Shown here piece after piece: positions 50,780 to 63,222 of a stretch of 64,000 nt of DNA; position 1 is the first letter of the stretch; every line of letters begins with the position of its first letter. Source of the DNA: Octopus sinensis (lineage: Eukaryota); contig NC_043004.1 in NCBI RefSeq assembly GCF_006345805.1, positions 29,884,001-29,948,000 of the forward strand, read 5' to 3'. Both the position numbers and the translations under genes were made by a program. The notes beneath the pieces are model-generated. The model worked only from the letters and a program-made list of their open reading frames with translations, ran no database searches and was not told where the DNA came from.

Positions 50780-52356
50780 GAGGTTAGGTTAGATTAGTAG
50801 ATTAATAAATTATTTAGTTGCTGTTGAATTGTACTGGTGTTGTTGGTGGTGGTGCAAATTTTTGTTATTGCTGAATTATTTTGTTTCATGTTTCTTCAAA
50901 AATAAATGTTTGACCTATTAAAACTTGCAGCTAAATCTATAATCACTCACCCTTATCTAAATAAAAACTAAAAAAAAAAAAAAATTGTATATAATTGTAT
51001 ACAATATGTGATCTGATACAGTCACACGTTCCCATTTTGAGCAGCAATTACAATGAAAGATACAAAAATCAACAACAAAAATGATTAACGTAAGAACCAC
51101 CAACAAAACTGAACAGTAACAAAATAACTTTTTGTTACACCCACAAAATATTTTTAACATTCAATGCAGCTGCAGCATGGTGTTGAAAAGTAGAAAGAAA
51201 AATTTTTATCATAACCATTTAATGAATTAAAGGTGTACATCATAATTTAGAATCACCCAAAATTATTCATGAGTATCTGAGACCCCCTTCGGTCATGACA
51301 CAGACCATAGTATTGCATCTAGAAAGTTACTCTCCCAGGCACAAGTCCAGGCAAGATTGTTTATGGAAGACCAGCAGTCACCCATGCATACCAGCCTCTT
51401 CTCTCCACGCCACCAGTGTTATCCAAGGGAAAGGCAACGGCCGATACAGCTTGGCACCTGTGATGTCGCAACTCATTTCTACGGCTGAGTGAACTGGAGC
51501 AACATAAAATAAAGTGTCTTGCTCAAGAACACAACATGCAGCCCAGTCCGGGATTTGAACTCACAACCTTATGCTCGACACTCTAACCACTGAGCCATGC
51601 ACCTTCACAGTATACAATTAAATTAACAGATGAATGATTTACAACATTTAATGGAGTTAATCTAATAAATATTATAAAAGGTAAAGTCACATGTTTAATT
51701 TTTCTTAGTTTGCAGTAACTACATCCATCACGGAAATAGTTCAAAATTACCACGTCATCTGTTTCCCCAACAGGCTTGCCTTTTGTTTTTAGAGAGCCAT
51801 CTTTTTTATATTTCTTGATTTTTTTAAACTCAACTTGTTTGTCATGGGAAAGGTTAGGTTTGGATATAATTAATCAAGAACTATTTGGTGGTTGCTGTTG
51901 TTGACAATAACCACAATATTGTTGTTATTGTTGGTGATGTAACATTTTGTTATTCTTTAGTTTTGTCAACAGGGAATGTCATTGCTTGACCTATTAAAAC
52001 TTACAGCTAATTCTATAATCACCGACACTTTTCTAGATGTAAACTTCAACAACACAATTGTATACAAAGTGTGATCTGATACAATCACACACTCCCATCT
52101 CAATTACAATGTACACACAAAAGTCAATAGCAACAAATGGAATGACAAAAATGAACAATATAAAAATCAACAGCAAAAATGAACAATAACAAAATAATTC
52201 TTTATTACACCCACAAAATATCTCTAATAAAATGCAATATATGGCTGCAGCATGGCATCAAAAAGTAGAAAGAAAATTTCTATCATGGTCATTAAAAATA
52301 CTCTATAATTTAACAACAAAGTGAAGGTGATGCATCATAATCTAGGATCACCCAAA
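50780..52356. repeat. Local diverged direct duplication (~480-500 bp)
   Basis: 50780-51262 vs 51850-52356 share TGACCTATTAAAACTT, GTGATCTGATACA, TTACACCCACAAAATAT, AAAAGTAGAAAGAAAA, ATCACCCAAAA. Confidence 0.85.
51275..51608 (-). mobile_element. tRNA-derived SINE (family of 34531)
   Basis: Reverse complement of GTGAAGG.GCATGGCTCAGTGGTTAGA... Confidence 0.9.
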
Positions 52357-54572
52357 AACTGTTGTGATGGGGTTAAAATGAACTTCATTTGTCACATGTT
52401 TGTGTAGTTGGAGGTATTAATTATGTCATTAATTTTGTTGGAGGAACCTCTGCCTGTTAGGAATAGCAACCTAAATCCCCTTCAAATCATGCCTTCCTTA
52501 AAAAGGAAGAACACATTGGATAAGCTACATCTGAAAAATTGATGGGATGGCCTTATCTAGAATGCCTATGATCCTAATCCAGCTCAATAAAGACTGACCT
52601 ACATTTAAACAATGTTGTTTGAACTATTCAATTTTATTCAGAACTATGAGATACCGAACTAAAACACACCGGATCTTTGTAACTTTCCCTCTATTTAGCA
52701 TTTGGTATGAGAAAATTATTCATGGGTATACAACTAAAGTAACAATCTGATGAATGACTGATAACATCTAATGTGGTAAATTCAATAATGGTTTATTATT
52801 TGATTCACTTAGTAGATGAGCAAAGTTGTTTGATGAAAATAGGAACAAAAATGTGTTCTTCCAAACCAACAAACTTGTGTCACTTTTTATGATTAAATAA
52901 TCATATCTTTTTGTTTTTGTGTAAGAGCAGGAAAAGAGGCAATTCAAGTAATTACTGGTACTTATAATCAATTATTCAGTGTTAATTCGGTCACCTTGAA
53001 AAGAGCAACTATCAACTACTTTGGTGTTAATGACGTGTTGTTGGTAACAAAAGCTATCAGCTACCTTTAGAGGTTCATCCTAGCATTACAAAAATCTATT
53101 TTATTTTACAAGAGCACTTAGTATTTATTGCACCAGTGCACTTGGTATTTAGGAAATCTACCTCCTCTGAAAGTTAGCTACATTGTTTACACTATACATA
53201 CCAATTTCAATTTTCACTGAACCATTCACTCCATAGTGTATACACATCCTGTATACACAAACTTATTAATACTTTCAAATACTACAAAGCTTAGGTCTTA
53301 TACCAACTCCCCCATGCAATTTCCTCCCACCCGGTGCAACCTATCGGCTCCAGCACTTCCCGTTTTCCTATATGTGCGTGTATATGCGTATGTGCGTGTG
53401 TATGTATGTGTATGTGCACATACGTGTACGTGTGTGTACATATATATATATATATACATGTGCGTGTGTGTGTGTGTGTGTGGGTGTGTGTATGTGCATA
53501 TACGGTTCCCTGCATTTTCCTCCTATATATACAAATTTTGTCTCCCATATATGACTTCTTTTCCCTAAATATTTCTTCTCCTACACCCATATCCTCCCTA
53601 TATAGTCTCTTTAATTCCCTATATCTATACCCTTTCACATTTCTAACTCGGATGTTGAACGCACACCGCCAAACTCCACTTCCCACCCTTCCAATTTTCA
53701 GTTCCCCCCGCCCGCCCCTACGTTTAACACACACCTCTAACTTTCAACCACCTTCATCTCATGTTAAATTTTACCAAATTATATTTTTATCTTATTTTAT
53801 TTTATTTTTATTTTTACTTTTATTTTTACTTTTATCCTACTTCCATTTATTTTTATTTTTACTTTTATTCTACTTCCATTTTTCTCATTTTTATTTTCAT
53901 CCCTTACCTTAACTCTTATAATTTTTATAATTCTTATATTTCATTTCTAACTATTACATTGTATTTCTTATTTTTTATACTGTATTTTTTATTTCTAATT
54001 TTTACCCTTACCCACATTCTTACCCCTAACTTATCGCTTTATACCTCTATATATGTTTATTTACTTACCTATAGATCCACTTTTTGACTATACGAGCGTC
54101 CGCGTACGTGTGTATACGCATACATACATATGCACGCGCATGTATGTACATGCATATTTCGATATCTTATAGCTATACCCATGTGCGCGTGTGTCTCTGT
54201 GTATGTGAGTGTATATGTGCACGCGCATACGGACACACAGCCGTGTGTGCGTGCACGTATAGACATGAGTACGTGACTGTTTACATACGTTCTTATATAC
54301 ATCCTTTAATATCTTATATCTAGACCTAGAGGCGTGGGCATATACGTGTGTGTATGTAGGGATGGGCGCGTATGTACATGTGAGTGTGTACGCGTATAGT
54401 GTCCGTGTATGCATGCGGATATTCTGTTGTATGTATGTGTGTGTACGCGCGTGCGTGTGGGTGCGTGTGTGTTTATGTACATGTTTACACGCGAGTGCGT
54501 GTGTATGCTTATAGGCTTGGAGGCGTATATGTACGCGTGTATGTGGGTGTATGTATCCATGATGATATGTAT

Positions 54573-55292
54573 GTACTAGAAGTCCATTTAATTCAAGAAA
54601 CCAGATTAAATGCTCATCAACTCTGATTTACAACACATTAGGTCCCTAGACGAAACTGTTGATTTACTGACAATTCTACAACTAAATTTTATCAATCTCC
54701 TGACCACCATGCTTGGTCCGTAACCTATATACATCCCTTATCTTTACATTCTTTTACATTTTTATCATGTTTTTATCATGTTTTTTTTACTCTTATTTCT
54801 ATTTCTATTTTTACTTTATAACCTTATGCCTTTACATTTACTTATATTTCTTTATATTTCTTTATATCCTTTATACCCCCTTTACATCTCCTTATAACTC
54901 TTTATATCTTTATGCTCTACATTTTTATATTTTTCTATACTTACACCTTTTATACATTTGTTATCCCTGGTCCCGAATTCTCGCCCCTCCATCTTCACGT
55001 CTATATATGTATTTATTTATTTACATTACCTCAACATCCAGTTTTTCCTCATTCTACATTGAGAGAAGAAGGAGATGGACGCTTCAATTCTATGCTGCTG
55101 CCGCATTATGTCGTACGCGAATGAGAGGATTCGCATCCCCAACCAAGAATTTTTGATGTAACACATGTCCTTGTGGAAGCTGTTGTGCGCGGCTGAAGAA
55201 GGCCACAGACATACATTATGCATTGTTATAAATCTGTCTAATGAAGGCCCGAAACATATGTACCGCTGAATCCTTCGCATCATGTTTTTATT
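54573..55292 (+). mobile_element. Probable Penelope-like element 3' end with hammerhead
   Basis: Possible GIY-YIG tail VLEVHLIQETR../LINSD, pyrimidine-rich UTR, HHR at 55189-55266, then (TA)n. Confidence 0.45.
55189..55266 (+). ncRNA. Type I hammerhead ribozyme, canonical core
   Basis: Stem I GCGG/CCGC; CTGAAGA 55193-55199; stem II GGCC...GGCC(C) with long loop; GAAA 55251-55254; C-ATAT-G stem III; GUA site ending 55262. Confidence 0.8.
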
Positions 55293-55304
55293 TTATTTTG
55301 ATCA

Positions 55305-55335
<31 letters not shown>

Positions 55336-55379
55336 TAGACAGATAGATATACATACATATACACATATATGCAGCCAAC

Positions 55380-55572
55380 CAGCCAGATAGTTTGACAAAC
55401 TGACAGAATGGGCAGCCACACAGTTTCTGTCTACCAAGTTCACTTATACAAGACTTGAGTTTGCCCAAGATTATAGTATAAGACTCTTACCCAAGATGCC
55501 GTGCAGTGGGACAAAATCCGAATCTACATGGTTGCAGAGCAAGTTTCCTAACTACACAGCCATACCTGCAGC
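55380..55572 (-). mobile_element. CORE-like SINE, diverged
   Basis: CCCAAGATGCCGTGCAGTGGGAC...ACTACACAGCCA is the reverse complement of the 32851 family. Confidence 0.75.
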
Positions 55573-55919
55573 TAGTGCTTCTCTCTTTTTTTTTCTTTCT
55601 ATTTTAACGTGAAGGTGTGTGGTGTCCTAGTTTGGATAGAGGACCTAATGATGTTTAGATCATGGGTTTGATTCCTGGACCTTGCGTTGTGTCCTGGGGC
55701 AAAACACTTTATTTTACATTGCTCTAGTCCATAAAGCTGGCAAAAATGAAATGTGCCTGTAATTCAAAGGGCCAGCCTTGACACATGCTGTGTTCCACTA
55801 CATGCTAATTTCATGAACAGGTTGGAACAAGTGCTGTCATGACTGACGGAGTGCTTGTTACATGCTCATTTACCACATATTATGAATGAGGTGACAGGCA
55901 CAGTGAGAAAACAGAAGAA

Positions 55920-56370
55920 ATATAGGTCCAATGTGGAATGGAGGCCAAGGCCACCACATTTAGCAGGCAGCTTAGTCTATTGCCAGATGGCACTGTGAAA
56001 ATTCACATTGCAGATCAATTCAAGCACAATGCTGGTTGGTGTCATTGATATTGCTGAAGTGGTCTGTGAGAGGTAACATGGTGCACTGCATGGTGGCAAA
56101 AGGATCTTAACCAGGGTAAAGCAATTCTTCAAGAAGGAGAATGCTAGGTATGCATCAATGAGGTGCACTCTCTGTCAGCCTGCATATACAAGCAATCTTG
56201 TTATTGCTTTCGGGAGGATTGGAGAACCAAGAATGCAGATGGTATCCCTTGTTGTCAGCTGATCTCCAGCCAAGACTCATAGGATGCTGATTTTATCACC
56301 TCCAGCTTGGATGAGTTGATTTCAATACCAAGAAGCTTTAAGGCTTCTTGAATTGATGTCTTTTGGTGTG
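55920..56370 (-). mobile_element. CRE-clade non-LTR retrotransposon RT relic
   Basis: LGIEINSSKLEV, ILGSPI, IDAYLAFSFLKNC, ICNVNF..IWQ*TKLPAKCGGLGL match CRE RT distal motifs (W.QA.LP...GGLG). Confidence 0.7.
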
Positions 56371-56814
56371 GCTGAAAATTTGTGAACCTATGTTTGGGAG
56401 GCAAGTATACCAAACTTTGAAAGTGTTTGTATTGAATATTTAAAGATATTTATCTAAACTGGGAAAGTAATTATTGACAAGTGTGAGATACTATCTCACA
56501 GTGTCTGTCACCTCATTAATATGATGTGGCAAATGTGTGTGTAGCTGGCACTCAATCGATTATGATGATGATTGTTTCAGCCTGCTTGTAAAGTTAATGT
56601 GCAAGTGGCTGAGAACTCCACAGACACATGTACCCTTAATGTAGCTCTCAGAGAGATTCAGTGACACAGAATATGACAAGGCAGGTATTACTCATTTTTG
56701 CCAGCTGAATGGAGTGGAGAATCATGAAATAAAGTATATTACTCAAGGACCTTATGATTGTGAGCTGAATCCCCTAATTACTAAGCCACACACCTTCACT
56801 ATATATGCATATAT

Positions 56815-56990
56815 ATAGTTGGAATTTACAAAAAACAAAAGATGAAGACAGTTGTATAAACAACAAACAGGTGTATTAGTTAAATGCTCGGGAAGCTGAG
56901 GAAGTCTTTTATGGTTTGAGTCTATGCTCTTCAACAGAACGGAAACGAGAAAATAAACAAACAGAGAATAAAAAAAGCTTTAGTGGCTCC
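56815..56990 (-). mobile_element. Short (TA)-associated element (family of 62596), hammerhead decayed
   Basis: AAAAAACAAAAGATGAAGACAG...GTATTAGT...AAGTCTTTT...GCTCTTC.ACAGAA. Confidence 0.7.
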
Positions 56991-57099
56991 TACAAAAGGA
57001 GACATTCGTCGCCAACTCCTTACGTATGCCGCATGGTCACTCCCTAACAGAATATAAGAGGGAAGCCAAATACATTATATAGAATACAGTGCCAAAGGA

Positions 57100-57620
57100 A
57101 TGAATGAGTGACGACAAACCGTTCTACTGTTTGAGAGCTGGATTCTTGCAGCTGACATGGAGCAAAGAATCTAGGTATTTGAGCAATGCTGCATGTGCCA
57201 GGCTCTTCTATACCACATGTTATCTGCCTTCTTATATGCTGGTGAGACATGGGCTACTGTGAAGAGGATAGAACATCGATTGGCTACAATGCAAGGGGCC
57301 ATAAAAAGATCCATGCTAGGAGAATCATTAACAGAGAACATTTGAAATGAGATTATTTGAGAAAGGAGAGGAGTGAACGACATGATTACAGAGTACTGAA
57401 AGCACAAGTTTCACTGGGTCAGACATGCCACAAGCTTCACAAACAACAGGTAGACCTTTGCAGTTGCAGAGAGGTATCCAAGAGATGGGAAATGACCAAT
57501 TGGAAAACCTCCATGCCAATGGGAAGACAATTTAGGTCAAGATGGAAAAGAACGTTGCAATCAAGATAGAATTGGAAGCACATGGTGACCAGCGGTGTAT
57601 AACAGCATCTGATGGTCTAC
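57100..57620 (+). mobile_element. RTE-clade LINE C-terminal relic
   Basis: LLYAGETW...RSMLG...KFHWVRH...GKPP..WED. Confidence 0.8.
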
Positions 57621-58199
57621 TTGATCCTGTGATACTGAGATATAGAGTTTAGTGTTCTGTTATTAGTAGGATCAACAAAAAAGTACTCCATCCAATGAGC
57701 AATAAATATTTAATATACTTAGTATTGAAATACAAGCTACTAATACAAGATTGTCAATAGAAAAGCAAAAAACTTGACACAAGTTGTTTGCCTCAAATAG
57801 GTATTGTGAAAATATAAATTGGCATTTCACGTATTTTCTACTTCATTTTAAGGTGTTATTATAATCCATGGTATTCCATCCTGTGGCAAGTAAATAAAAT
57901 CACTTTCAGGAGATATATCCATAGGCTGCAGTTTACATTGTGTTTGCATTATACTGAGGGAAATAGTGAAGGTAGTATGCTATATGGTGGGTTTAATGGT
58001 ATGGTCCATGCTACAGTGGTTAGAGGTTAGAGGCTAAACATTATTTAATAGATATAGCATTATGAAAGGAGTTGGCTGAAATAAACTTAAATTGAACCTA
58101 TTAGGGGAAAATTAATACATAAAATGAAAGAAAAACTGGGTAAAACCTTAGTGACTTCATTTACTTACCACATCCATTTACTTGTACTACTTAAACACA

Positions 58200-58399
58200 T
58201 ACTCTTTTACTCTTTTACTTGTTTCAGTAATTTGACTGTGGCCATGCTGGAGCACCGCCTTTAGTCAAGAAAATTGACCCCAGGACTTATTCTTTGCAAG
58301 CCTAGTACTTATTCTGTCGCTAAGTTATGGGGACGTAAACACACCAGCATCAGTTGTCTAGCGATGTTGAGGAGGACAAACAAAGACATAGAAACATAT

Positions 58400-58442
<43 letters not shown>

Positions 58443-58610
58443 TATGACAGGTTTCTTCCAGTTTCCGTTTACCAAATCCACTTACAAATCTTTGGTCAGC
58501 TTGAGGCTATAGGAAAAGACACTTGCCCAAGGTGCCACGCAGTGTGACTGAACCCAAAACCATGTGGTTGGTCAGCAAGCTACTTACCACACAGCCACTC
58601 CTTCGCCTAT
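58200..58610 (-). mobile_element. CORE-like SINE with 3' module
   Basis: Reverse complement of 32851-33245. Confidence 0.9.
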
Positions 58611-58741
58611 GTTTGTTATCATTTGATAAATAGATATATTGGAGTGTCTACTGGGTGATGTTTGTTGATTTTATATCCTCTCCATTTACTTATTTGCCGT
58701 AAATATATATGTGTGTGTGTGTGTGTATAGTCCACCCTGTG

Positions 58742-58772
<31 letters not shown>

Positions 58773-59034
58773 ATGTACATGCTAAGCATTTTTTTCAGTA
58801 TATTAATGATTCTGCCACCTTGTCACCTTCCTACGACTTATTAATATTAAACACAGTGTCATTTAATTAATATTCTAATTCATGGTGTGATGAAATGAAA
58901 TGAGCTTTAATTGCCATGCTGATAGATATGATAAGGAGCAATTAGTATCTGGTAGAGAAATTTACGCTTGTACTAAAGACTCTGACAATTAGTGAGATAA
59001 AATTGTGACTGGTGTGAAGATTGGGTGGCATGTT

Positions 59035-60300
59035 TTACTTGTGTGCCCTCACAGTCCCACAGGCATTAGTCCTCCTTGTCTGCAGCTGCAGGAAGAGGTC
59101 CAGACTGAAAAACCAGTTGTCTATATAAATATTGTAGCCTTTGTCAAACAAGTTTACATTCAGTGACAACACAACATCAGTTGTCACTAGAGTAGATGCT
59201 GGCAGATCCAATCTGTCCATACCAGTGTAGATTTTATAATTCCACATGTACCTACCGGCTCTGCCAGCTGACAGATCCAATCTGTCCTTACCAGTGTAGA
59301 TTTTATAATTCCACATGTACCTACCGGCTCTGCCAGCTGACTGGCATATTTTATAAATCTCGACTCCAAAGCTGGTACATTTGGTCAGGTTATATTGTTT
59401 GAATCAGAGCCTTCCCTTGAATTTCCACAAACTCTCGTCTGTACAAACATCCTTCATTGGGACATACATCGTTCTGAAATTTTCAGCCACTTCGTCAATG
59501 ATAGGACATATTTTGTGCAGCCTGTCATCTTTGTTCTTGCCTAAGTTGAAATGTAGATTTTGAAGAAGCATCAAAAATCGATTATGTGGCATCGTTTCCA
59601 GAAAGAAAGGTGTGAACATGGCTGGATCCCAATTCCAGTATGACACTAGTGTTGCTTTCTTCATGATATCCATCAGTATCAGTAGAACTTTGATTTTGTC
59701 CCCTGTAGTTGGAAACCAACCACCACCATGCTGGGGATGGTTTTCAGCATAGTCAATCATTCCGTCTGCTATATATTGGAATATTTCATCCGACAAAAAC
59801 TTGTGCAAGATTTCCAATGGCAAACTTCCATCTTCAAGGTTTGCCTTTATGCCAGGCATACCAGTACCATGCTGTCGGACAAAATTGTCTCTTGCTCGTC
59901 ACATGACATTCTGTTGTCCAGGGCCATTCACTGCTGCCCGCTTGTATCTTTGATTCACTGGAATATCATCATCACTATTGGAATCATCTGATTCTGAACT
60001 TGGAAAATATTCACTCTCTGAGTCATTGTCCAAACCGGAAAAAACAACTGGTGTGGTGATGGAGTTTAGTTGGCATGACAACTGTAAATTCGCTAAACAG
60101 GATGTGAAGATGAAGTTGACAGAGCCAGAGTAGCAAGACCAGCCTATTAGGTTGTAAATATTTACATGAAACAAATAACCAGCCTATCAGTTAGCAGGTG
60201 CACCGGTGACTAGTTCTAAGTCAGACAGCGTATAATTACATTGACCAATTTGAAGCATATACACTGCATGTGTAAATTTACAACAACCATCTTAAAAGGG
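59035..60300 (-). mobile_element. piggyBac transposon, 3'-truncated; PGBD4-like transposase pseudogene
   Basis: TTAA-CCCTTT left end at 60300; MPHNRF..LHFN..DRLHKICPII, TDESLWKFKGRL*FKQY, IYIDNWF, NACGTVR. Confidence 0.93.
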
Positions 60301-60351
60301 TTAATATGAAACAAATGGTAGCCTTGGTATGCAAATAAAGTTGGCGTAGCT

Positions 60352-60686
60352 AGGTGCAGCCATGGCTGTGTGATAAGAAGCTTGCTTTCCAACCACATAG
60401 TTCTGAGTTCAGTCCCACTGCGTGGCATCTTTGGTAAGTGTCCTCTAAAAGCCTTGTGAGTGGACTTGGTAGATGGAAACTAAATTAAGCCTGTCATACA
60501 CACAGACACACAGACACACATACAAACATATATTTCTGTGTGTGTGTCTTTGTGTCTGTGTTTCACTCCTCCACCATCGATTGACAACCGATGTTGGTGT
60601 GTTTATGCCTCTGTAACTTAGCAGTTTGGCAAAGAAAGACTGATAGAATAAGTACTAGGCTTACAAAGAATAAGCCTTGGGGTCAA
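60352..60686 (+). mobile_element. CORE-like SINE with truncated 3' module
   Basis: TGGCTGTGTGATAAG...GAGTTCAGTCCCACTGCGTGGCA...AGAATAAGTACTAGGCTTACAAAG. Confidence 0.85.
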
Positions 60687-60693
60687 AGATATA

Positions 60694-61215
60694 CTGTAAA
60701 TCCTCGAGTATAATCCGCATTTTTTCTCTAAAATTTAAAGGTCAAAATCCTTAGTGCGTACTATATATGAGGTTAAAAATGAAAAATATTTTCTAAGCAA
60801 TGTCTGAGTCTCTATTTGCTGTCCGGCAATGTTTATTCAGACACGTTGTGTGATGTCGGGCGCGAAAATACATTAAGCTAAGCCTAAAAGCAATGAAGTC
60901 ATAAAAGAATTATCCATAACTTGCAGTAAGCAACATTTATTAAAATAAAAGTATTCAGAACACAGAATAACATATAACATAAACAATTTGCAAACATATT
61001 TACATTCCCATATAACTGTTAAGAACATCACCATTATTGTATTACGCATGCGCAGAAGTGTTTGTTCAACTAGGTATTGCTGGCTTAATTACACACAACT
61101 CAAGTTAGAGAAGGGGTGCGTATTATCCACAAGGTTTAGGTTTTTCAGAGGTACTGCCTCCTAAAAATTCCCTGTGTATTATACTCAACGGCGGAATATA
61201 CTCGAGTATTTACGG
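60694..61215. mobile_element. Non-autonomous Tc2/pogo-like DNA transposon
   Basis: TIRs CTGTAAATCCTCGAGTATAATCCGC / GCGGAATATACTCGAGTATTTACGG, TA duplication. Confidence 0.85.
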
Positions 61216-61238
61216 TATGTGTGTATATTATATATATA

Positions 61239-61694
61239 CTAGCAGCTAAGCCCAGTTTCACCTGGTTGGTTTGGATGATGTGGCTGTAAAACCTTCTCTG
61301 TATAAGCATTCAGCTTGTTTGGGCATACGTTAAAAATCAATTTTAGAATGACTTTTTCCTGTCAAAATGCTAAAAATATCTGACCAACAAAAAAAAAAAA
61401 AACAGCCAAGATTCAACCAAATCAAAAAATAAACCCAAATAATAAGCAAACAAAGATGAACCATACCACTTCCATTGCATGCACACACGCACACACAAAC
61501 ACACACACACACACACATTCACATACCCCCTTTTACATACACACACAGAGTTCAAATGCTGTTTGATTATTTTTTCAGTGTACAATTTTCATCATCCCAC
61601 TACCAAGATGACATCACTCATTCCTTCCTTATTCATCTATCACCCTTTCCTTTCTCATTCATAAACACAAGAGTATTATTATTATTATAGTAGA
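61239..61694 (-). mobile_element. Non-autonomous Helitron
   Basis: Minus strand A|TCTACTATAATAAT start; CCAGGTGAAACTGG hairpin then GCTGCTAG|T end. Confidence 0.75.
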
Positions 61695-61887
61695 TTATCT
61701 CAGTAACCAACGGATCATTCCTGTAAAATTTTTTGCACAATTCCACCCAGACGTTTGACTGTAAATCCCAAGACAAGAAAGAATCACCCATGTCAGATTT
61801 ATATATATATACATATATATATATATATGTATATATATATTTATATATATATATATATATATTTATACACACACACACACATATATA

Positions 61888-62482
61888 TCATCATCATCAT
61901 CAATTAACGTCCGCTTTCCATGCTAGCATGGGTTGGACGGTTCAACTGGGGTCTGGGGAGCCCGAAAGCTGCACCAGTCCAGTCAGATCTGGCAGTGTTT
62001 CTACAGCTGGATGCCCTTCCTAACGCCAACCACTCCGAGAGTGTAGTGGGTGATTTTATGTGCCACCGACACAGGTGCCAGACGAGGCTGGCAAACGGCC
62101 ACGCTCGGATGGTGTTTTTTATGTGCCACCGACACAGGTGCCAGACGAGGCTGGCAGACGGCCACGCTCGGATGGTGTTTTTTATGTGCCACCGACACAG
62201 GTGCCAGACGAGGCTGGCAGACGGCCACGCTCGGATGGTGTTTTTATGTGCCACCGACACAGGTGCCAGACGAGGCTGGCAGACGGCCACGCTCGGATGG
62301 TGTTTTTATGAGGCTGGCAAACGGCCACGATCGGATGGTGCTTGTTACGTGCCCACAGCACGGAGGCCAGTCGATGCGGTACTGGCTACGGCCACGTTCG
62401 GATGGTTTTCTTATGTGCCACGTGCCACAAAGATACAAATTCCATTGATGTTCATCTATTTTGATTTGTTTTGATTTGATTT
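61888..62482 (-). mobile_element. Young RTE-tail-like retroposon with internal VNTR
   Basis: CpG-rich copy of the family with (CAT)n end. Confidence 0.88.
62054..62340. repeat. 62-63-bp tandem repeat, 4 copies plus a partial
   Basis: ATGTGCCACCGACACAGGTGCCAGACGAGGCTGGCA... at 62058, 62121, 62184 and 62246. Confidence 0.97.
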
Positions 62483-62505
62483 TCACTATATATATATATA
62501 TATAT

Positions 62506-62598
<93 letters not shown>

Positions 62599-62684
62599 AG
62601 AGTTTATGAAAAAACAAAAGATGAAGACAGGAGGTGTACAAAACAAACAGATGTATTAGTATAACACTCAGGAATAGAAAAAGT

Positions 62685-62720
62685 CTTTTACGTTTCGAGC
62701 CTACGCTCTTCTACAGAAAG
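62685..62720 (-). ncRNA. Minimal hammerhead-like motif with A6U core variant
   Basis: Minus strand CTTT-CTGTAGA-A-GAGC-gtag-GCTC-GAAA-CG-TA-AAAG, within element 62596-62770. Confidence 0.6.
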
Positions 62721-63083
62721 GATCACAGGAAAAACAAGGAGAGAAAAAAATGTGTGTAGTGGCTAACTACACACATGTCATGTGTGGAGAAGTGCATGTC
62801 ATGTGTTGAGAAGTTTGTGAATGAATGAATGAAGAATGTAAGGGGAGGTAACTGATGATCGTTATTACCGGGGACAGGGGAAGTAATTGCTCATCTTTTG
62901 TGGGGTGGGGATGAATAAATATATATATATATATACAACGTAAAAAAAATAAGGTAAAAGTTTTTATTTTTCATTCATTTCGAAAATTGCTCTTAAATGT
63001 GGTTTTGGACGTTTTGACTGCTTCTTCCAGTGTGTAAAAAAATTACCTGTTAAAGGTAGTTTTCTCTTGTGTTTAACTGTACA

Positions 63084-63126
<43 letters not shown>

Positions 63127-63138
63127 GTACTAGTAGAT

Positions 63139-63218
<80 letters not shown>

Positions 63219-63222
63219 AGAG

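Noticed and set aside
62054-62340. CRISPR-like regular repeat
   Set aside because: Head-to-tail identical units with no unique spacers, eukaryotic context, no cas genes
61920-62474. 184-aa ORF with CHRHRC repeats as a metal-binding protein
   Set aside because: Arises from the 63-bp VNTR within a retroposon; open in several frames
62846-62870. GGTAA-CTGATGA-TCGTTA-TTACC
   Set aside because: No stem II or GAAA; too short for a ribozyme
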